IMG/VR virus record: IMGVR_UViG_3300030099_006395
Location: 32,001 to 96,000 of that record
Reading direction: 5' to 3' (one strand)
Source: a virus
DNA length: 64,000 bases
Shown: positions 58,755-64,000 of the stretch, piece by piece
Layout: the number at the start of each line of letters is the position of its first letter
Numbering within the stretch: the first letter of the stretch is position 1
Translations under genes and position numbers: made by a program
The notes under the pieces: generated by a model
Told to the model about the DNA's origin: nothing
Database searches by the model: none
What the model saw: the letters and a program-made list of their open reading frames with translations, nothing else

Positions 58755-59858
58755 TTACATTACTCCAAATAAAGAAGGACAATTTAAATCCATATGTTGC
58801 CAATTGTTACCACATCCCTGTTGCCAATAATAATTCATACCTTCTGATGTCTGTAATATAAATCCTTGTCCTGGATTAAATCTAAAACTACCAACCCAAG
58901 TCCAACCTTGAAAAGTAATCTCTTGAGTTACAGGATCTGTAACTGTAATATTATTATAATTAGCAGCTGAACCTACGCCTATCAACTCTCTAGTTATTGT
59001 ACCATCTGCAATAGTATTACTTACGACACTGGTATCACTAGGCTCAATATCTCTATATTCGGGTTTATCAGGAAAAGGATAAGCTCTGTAATTTGGACCT
59101 GCGTGAGTAACCATTTTATAGTCACGACTAATCATACCATATGGTGCATTAACTCTTTGATTTATAGGTGAACTAAATTCAACCCAATAAGCCATTTGAG
59201 GATATATATGAGTTAAACTTCCAACCCATACTCCATTAACTTTTTGAGTAGCAACACCTTGATTTTGAGTTGGATGTACACCTGTTATCTTTTTTATCTG
59301 TCCTCCAGGAGCTAACATACTTTCAAACTCTTCTACAGACCAAACACCTTCTTCAAGTGGGAATCCTACACCATCAGAGGGATCACTATTACTTACATGT
59401 GAACCAAAGTCTTCCTGTGGGTAAGCCCTAAATGGGAATGATATTAAAAAAGAACCTGCTGGGTAATTATATGTAATACCATCTACTGGTGCTGGTGATA
59501 TTCCACCTGGTAAGGAAGTATCACCACCTATACCAGGTGAAAGAATTGAATTATTTGATTGAATACATACTCCTTTTTGTTTATTCAAATGCATACCTTT
59601 TGGGCACTTTTCTCTATGATCTATAGGAACACTATAATAATATTGTTCAGGATAATCTTCGAAACTATTATTAACTTTTATAGTTCTACCAACCCCATCT
59701 TCTAACTTAACTTTTGGTTGAGGAACTATTGGTTCATTTGGATGAATAGGAGTAACTCCGTTATCTGGAAGAATGATTCCACCATCTTGAAATCTAGCTC
59801 TCCGTCTTGATAACCTACCACCATTCCTTCTAGTTCTTCTTCTAGTTCTTCTAGCCAT
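58755..59858 (-). CDS. Hypothetical protein with Arg-rich N-terminus and duplicated WVGS domain
   Basis: MARRTRRRTRR; CPKG...GVCI; two WVGS(L/F) repeats; AAGGAAA RBS. Confidence 0.7.
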   Translation of the reverse strand: MARRTRRRTRRNGGRLSRRRARFQDGGIILPDNGVTPIHPNEPIVPQPKVKLEDGVGRTIKVNNSFEDYPEQYYYSVPIDHREKCPKGMHLNKQKGVCIQSNNSILSPGIGGDTSLPGGISPAPVDGITYNYPAGSFLISFPFRAYPQEDFGSHVSNSDPSDGVGFPLEEGVWSVEEFESMLAPGGQIKKITGVHPTQNQGVATQKVNGVWVGSLTHIYPQMAYWVEFSSPINQRVNAPYGMISRDYKMVTHAGPNYRAYPFPDKPEYRDIEPSDTSVVSNTIADGTITRELIGVGSAANYNNITVTDPVTQEITFQGWTWVGSFRFNPGQGFILQTSEGMNYYWQQGCGNNWQHMDLNCPSLFGVM

Positions 59859-59923
59859 TAGTTTCCTTTATTTAAATTAAATATATTTGTTCATATATAA
59901 ATATAATATGTCCAAAAAAAACG

Positions 59924-59953
59924 TTGACTTTAATATTTAATAGGTATTATATT
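59924..59953 (+). promoter_or_regulatory. Promoter of tRNA-Arg/tmRNA
   Basis: TTGACT-N18-TATATT overlapping TATTTATA motif. Confidence 0.72.
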
Positions 59954-59966
59954 TATATATAGTTTT

Positions 59967-60040
<74 letters not shown>

Positions 60041-60043
60041 CAT

Positions 60044-60386
60044 GGGGTCGACATGGAATCGATTGCTAGATTTTTGACATAAAGTGCAAGTAGCGTGATT
60101 CACTCACGAATCAAACATACGATAATCGGCAACGAATATCAATACATGGCAGTAGCGTAGTCTACTTCCCATCACTCCTTGATTTCTGATAGAGGATAAA
60201 GTGGTGTCATATCAGAAGAACCTCCTTTATGAATGGGTTGGGAGAATACTAATTTACATTCCATCTTTGAGCAAACAGATGTAAAACAGTAATCTGACTT
60301 TGTTAATAAGAAAGAAATTAACTAAACTTGTAAATGACTTTATGTAGGAAACTGGTAAGACGGGGGTTCGAATCCCCCCGACTCCA
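60044..60386 (+). ncRNA. ssrA: tmRNA
   Basis: 5' GGGGTCG pairs with 3' CGACTCC-A including G3.U70; GGGGGTTCGAATCCCCC T arm; tag frame 60128-60160 GNEYQYMAVA*. Confidence 0.93.
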
Positions 60387-60397
60387 CAAATTAAACG

Positions 60398-60427
60398 TTG
60401 ACTTTAATAACAAAAATGGAGTATATT
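60398..60427 (+). promoter_or_regulatory. Promoter of uvsE (likely leaderless)
   Basis: TTGACT-N18-TATATT-ATAGT-ATG. Confidence 0.7.
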
Positions 60428-60432
60428 ATAGT

Positions 60433-61353
60433 ATGAATAATATTGGTTATGCATGTATTAACATGAATCTATCTAAATGTAAACCGAAGATTACTACTAA
60501 TCGTAGTATGATAAAAAGAACATTTACAGAAAAAGGTTTACCATACGCATCTGAACTAGCGTTACAAAATTGTAAAGACTTACTTACAATACTCAAGTGG
60601 AACAAAGCTAATGGTATTAATTTCTTTCGTATGTCTTCAGACCTTATACCATGGGCTTCTGAATACAAGTTGGATGATTTACCAGACCATTGGGATATAG
60701 TAGCTACATTGGGTGAATGTGGTAAGTTTGCTGAAGAGAATAATATTCGTATTACATCTCATCCTGGTCCTTTCAATGTTCTTACCTCACCACATGAACA
60801 TGTAGTTGAGAATTGTATCAAAGACTTGTCTATACATGGTGAAGTGTTTGACATGATGGGTTTATCTCGTACACCATACAACAAGATTAATATACATATT
60901 GGTGGTGCTTATGGTGACAAGGTATCAGCTATGGAACGATTCTGTAAAAACTTTCATCGTCTACCAGATTCAGTTAAGTCTCGTCTTACGGTTGAGAATG
61001 ATGACAAGGCTTCTATGTATTCTGTCGTTGATTTGTATGAGGGTGTATACAAGGTTATAGGTATACCGATTGTATTTGATTACCATCACCATAGATTCTG
61101 TACAGGTGGACTGACAGAAGAAGATGCACTTGAAGTTGCTATATCTACTTGGCCTACTGACATTGTACCTGTTGTACACTATTCAGAGTCTCGTAGTAAA
61201 GAACAACTAGATGAGTCTATTAGACCACAAGCACATTCAGATTATGTACTTGACTATATTGACACCTATGGTAATAGAGTTGATATTATGATAGAAGCAA
61301 AAGCCAAAGAGTTGGCTGTTATGAAATACAAAGAGTTACATGGATTATGTTAA
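60433..61353 (+). CDS. uvsE: UV DNA damage endonuclease
   Basis: IGYACIN, FFRMSS, HPGPF, NIHIGG, VENDD, VFDYHHH, VHYSES, AHSD, MIEAK.KE. Confidence 0.95.
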   Translation: MNNIGYACINMNLSKCKPKITTNRSMIKRTFTEKGLPYASELALQNCKDLLTILKWNKANGINFFRMSSDLIPWASEYKLDDLPDHWDIVATLGECGKFAEENNIRITSHPGPFNVLTSPHEHVVENCIKDLSIHGEVFDMMGLSRTPYNKINIHIGGAYGDKVSAMERFCKNFHRLPDSVKSRLTVENDDKASMYSVVDLYEGVYKVIGIPIVFDYHHHRFCTGGLTEEDALEVAISTWPTDIVPVVHYSESRSKEQLDESIRPQAHSDYVLDYIDTYGNRVDIMIEAKAKELAVMKYKELHGLC

Positions 61354-62062
61354 TACTAATAAATTAATAGTAAGAGAAGTTACAAAGTCTATAGCTAAAA
61401 AGATGGTAGTTAAATATCATTACTCTCACCTATGGACAAAGTGTTCTGTTGCATTAGGATTATTTTATAACACAGGTAAACAACATTCTTTCTTTGATGA
61501 AGAAGAAGAAAAGCTTATCGGTGTTATAATATATGGTGACCCGATTGGTAGACATAGTGGTGGTTCTATATCAGAGTTATTAGATAGAACTGATGTATAT
61601 GAATTAACAAGGTTATATATCCACGATGGTTATGGTAGTAATATTGAGAGTTGGTTTATCTCTCAATCTTTTAAATGGTTGAAAGAGAATACAAACATCA
61701 AGGCTTTGATATCATACGCAGACCCAAAAGAAGGACATGCTGGTACAATCTACCAAGCCACTAATTGGATATATCAAGGTAATAGTATTAGACCAAATGA
61801 TACATATAGTTTTAAATTGAAACCAGACGATGAGTGGATACATGGAAGAACATTGGCTAATACATATAAGACAAATGATATAGAGAAGTTAAAGAAAAAA
61901 ATTGGACATACCTTTTGGTATAGAGTAGAACCGTTGAAACATCGGTATGTATATCTACTAAAGAATAAAAGGAAGTTAATGAAACACTTAAAGCATCCTA
62001 TTAAGCCATATCCGAAGGCGGATGATGTAGATGATTTAAAAGTAACAAAGGTGGTGGTATGA
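61340..62062 (+). CDS. Mom-like GNAT-fold DNA-modification protein (copy 3)
   Basis: HYSH, YELTRL, N.ESWFI, ISYADP..GH.GTIYQATNW, KHRY, PYPK. Confidence 0.82.
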   Translation: MDYVNTNKLIVREVTKSIAKKMVVKYHYSHLWTKCSVALGLFYNTGKQHSFFDEEEEKLIGVIIYGDPIGRHSGGSISELLDRTDVYELTRLYIHDGYGSNIESWFISQSFKWLKENTNIKALISYADPKEGHAGTIYQATNWIYQGNSIRPNDTYSFKLKPDDEWIHGRTLANTYKTNDIEKLKKKIGHTFWYRVEPLKHRYVYLLKNKRKLMKHLKHPIKPYPKADDVDDLKVTKVVV

Positions 62063-62649
62063 TAAGATTGGAGTTGGTACAATATCATATGCAAAAGTTA
62101 CAGGTAAAAAGAATAATAGAGAAACATCATTCTTATGTGCCATCTAATCGTTCAGTAGGCAGAAGAATAGATTGGTTAATATATCATTCAGAACATACTA
62201 ATAACTTTGGTATAGAAGAACCTGTTGGTATGGTTGGTATTGGTTCATCAGTATATCCACCACCCAAAGACATCTTGCGTTATGTAGGAATGAGTAAATC
62301 CGTATATAAGGATAACTTTAATTCGTTTGCTAACAACTGGCGCTACTGCCTAGTCAAGTCAATACCGAACTTGGGAAGTCAAGTTTTAAAACAACTTCGG
62401 GAACAGGGCTTGCTTCAATGGAAATCCAAATACGGCGATGACTTGAAATATCTAATCACCTTTGTCGGTGGTGGTAATAACGGAGCAGTATACAAAGCTG
62501 ACAATTGGAAACATGTAGGATACACAGCAGGATTACCTGAACATAAAAGTAGTTCAATGAAATGGGATAACAAAGATAAGTTAAAAGAACTATTTGTTAA
62601 ACCAACAGGAGAAAATAAAAAAATGATATTTATAAAGGAGATTAAATGA
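62059..62649 (+). CDS. Divergent Mom/DUF4338-like GNAT-fold protein
   Basis: HHSY, VGR, NNWRY, PNLGSQ.L, ITFV...G.VYKADNW..VG.T. Confidence 0.65.
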   Translation: MIRLELVQYHMQKLQVKRIIEKHHSYVPSNRSVGRRIDWLIYHSEHTNNFGIEEPVGMVGIGSSVYPPPKDILRYVGMSKSVYKDNFNSFANNWRYCLVKSIPNLGSQVLKQLREQGLLQWKSKYGDDLKYLITFVGGGNNGAVYKADNWKHVGYTAGLPEHKSSSMKWDNKDKLKELFVKPTGENKKMIFIKEIK

Positions 62650-63038
62650 AGTTTATATTACTTATATTGACATTATTATTTGTAGGTTGTGATAATCCAT
62701 TAGAACCAGAAATAACTTTTCTAAACATACATTTAGATTCTGAAAAAGATTCAAATGGATATTATCATATAGATTATAATGGAACAACTTATAAACATGT
62801 CTACTATCAAACAACACCAAACCAAAGAGTACATTGGGGTAGTGAAGATACATTTAGTATTGATTGGATGTATAACACATACGAAGAACCAATCATAAAC
62901 TATTCTACTTATGCCGATGAGTGGGGTAGTGGACAGCAATTGTTTTATTTAGATTCGGAAGCAGTAGGTGATACGATGATGATAGTAGGTTACATCAACG
63001 AAATTGCCTGGGATTATTTATATTTTATATTGGAGTAG
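62646..63038 (+). CDS. Lipoprotein
   Basis: MKFILLILTLLFVGC lipobox. Confidence 0.75.
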   Translation: MKFILLILTLLFVGCDNPLEPEITFLNIHLDSEKDSNGYYHIDYNGTTYKHVYYQTTPNQRVHWGSEDTFSIDWMYNTYEEPIINYSTYADEWGSGQQLFYLDSEAVGDTMMIVGYINEIAWDYLYFILE

Positions 63039-63041
63039 ATT

Positions 63042-63404
63042 ATGAAATTTTTAACAAGAAAATTAATAACACCCGCAGATTTAAATCCAAGAGGTACACT
63101 ACATGGTGGACAACTACTAAAGTGGATTGATGAAGAAGGTGGAATACATGCAGCACTTGAACTACAAACTGGATTGATTGTAACTAAATACATTTCAGAA
63201 ATAGATTTTAAATTTCCAGTATTGGAAGGTGATGTGGTGGAGATAGGAATGCAAACAATAGAAATAGGTAATACATCTTGTACATTAGCTTGTGATGTTA
63301 GAAGTGTTCAAGCTGATAGAGTTGTTTGTAGTATAGATAAGATGGTTTATATAAGAGTTAACAAATATGGTTTACCAAAGAAACATGGGGGTATGAATGA
63401 ATAA
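63042..63404 (+). CDS. Acyl-CoA thioesterase (hotdog fold)
   Basis: DLNPRGTLHGG.LLKWIDE, VT, F..PV..GD.V. Confidence 0.9.
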   Translation: MKFLTRKLITPADLNPRGTLHGGQLLKWIDEEGGIHAALELQTGLIVTKYISEIDFKFPVLEGDVVEIGMQTIEIGNTSCTLACDVRSVQADRVVCSIDKMVYIRVNKYGLPKKHGGMNE

Positions 63405-63553
63405 AGAATATAACTGGGGAATGATAATCCTTTTAATACTTAATGCATCCTATTGGGTATGTGTTTGGAAGTTTGGCTTTTTTATCTCAACTATATGGAC
63501 TGTAATTATAGCAGCTTTAGTTGGAATAATTTTAAGAATGAAAGAGAACAGAT

Positions 63554-63877
63554 ATTAAATTTAAAAAAGGAAATCGTTGGAAAAATAGTAAAGGTGAATT
63601 AAGATATAAAACCTGGAGGAAAAATGTATTCGAACTCAACAAAGCAAAAAAAGGATTACGAAAATATTATGTCTGTGAGAAATGCAATAAGAAACGAAAG
63701 ACCACAAGGGTCTTACATGCTCACCATATTAAGAGTTGGGATAGATTCCCAAAAGATAGATACGATAGAAATAACGGAGTAGTGTTATGTATCAAATGTC
63801 ATAACGCATTTCATCGTAAATATAAATTTGAAGCTCTTGAAAATCCTAAACTGTTATATGAATATTTAAAAAATTAA
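63554..63877 (+). CDS. HNH endonuclease lacking a canonical start codon (not in ORF track)
   Basis: Open frame reads WRKNVFE...CEKC...LHAHHIKSW..FP..RYD..NGVVLC..CH..FH. Confidence 0.7.
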   Translation: MKFKKGNRWKNSKGELRYKTWRKNVFELNKAKKGLRKYYVCEKCNKKRKTTRVLHAHHIKSWDRFPKDRYDRNNGVVLCIKCHNAFHRKYKFEALENPKLLYEYLKN

Positions 63878-63999
63878 GAACACTGGTGTTCATTAGGTAG
63901 ATAATAATATCTGGTAGGATGTCCAGTACAATCGTTTCCACTATCAGCACATCCATTTTCAAATGTATTCCATGTTGAAAAACCATATCCAAAGACACC
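63874..63999 (-). CDS. 3' end of a Cys-containing protein running in from beyond the window
   Basis: GVFGYGFSTWNTFENGCADSGNDCTGHPTRYYYLPNEHQCS*. Confidence 0.5.
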   Translation of the reverse strand, partial: GVFGYGFSTWNTFENGCADSGNDCTGHPTRYYYLPNEHQCS

Positions 64000-64000
64000 T

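Noticed and set aside
60334-60432. N-terminal extension of UvsE in the ORF track
   Set aside because: Overlaps the tmRNA 3' end and the promoter; recognisable UvsE sequence starts at ATG 60433

Overview
AT-rich, gene-dense 64-kb segment of a large T4-like dsDNA phage, almost all on the + strand. Layout: (1) 1-22.5 kb, replication/nucleotide module (gp32-like SSB, RecA/UvsX, 5'-3' exonuclease, DnaB/gp41 helicase, class II RNR, family B polymerase, clamp and clamp loader); (2) 22.8-42.2 kb, a ~19-kb glycosylation island with a nonulosonic (pseudaminic-like) acid pathway; (3) 42-56 kb, small-gene region driven by repeated sigma70-like promoter cassettes, with a DUF2828/vWA protein, a MoxR-type AAA+ ATPase and two unannotated structured non-coding regions; (4) 56-64 kb, a minus-strand trio sharing a short Cys motif, then tRNA-Arg(UCU), tmRNA, UvsE and Mom-like genes. 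Best leads: a thioredoxin whose WCGPC site reads W-UGA-GPC followed by a SECIS-like hairpin (candidate phage selenoprotein, truncated in the ORF track); a ~420-nt promoter/terminator-bounded ncRNA containing a non-canonical tRNA-Gly(ACC)-like cloverleaf and an anti-Shine-Dalgarno loop; ACAGCAC stem elements downstream of the Ro60/TROVE-like DUF2828 gene; phased TGTTACA-N3-TGTTACA boxes at four promoters; and four Mom-like paralogues. All protein family calls come from motif recognition by eye, not database searches.
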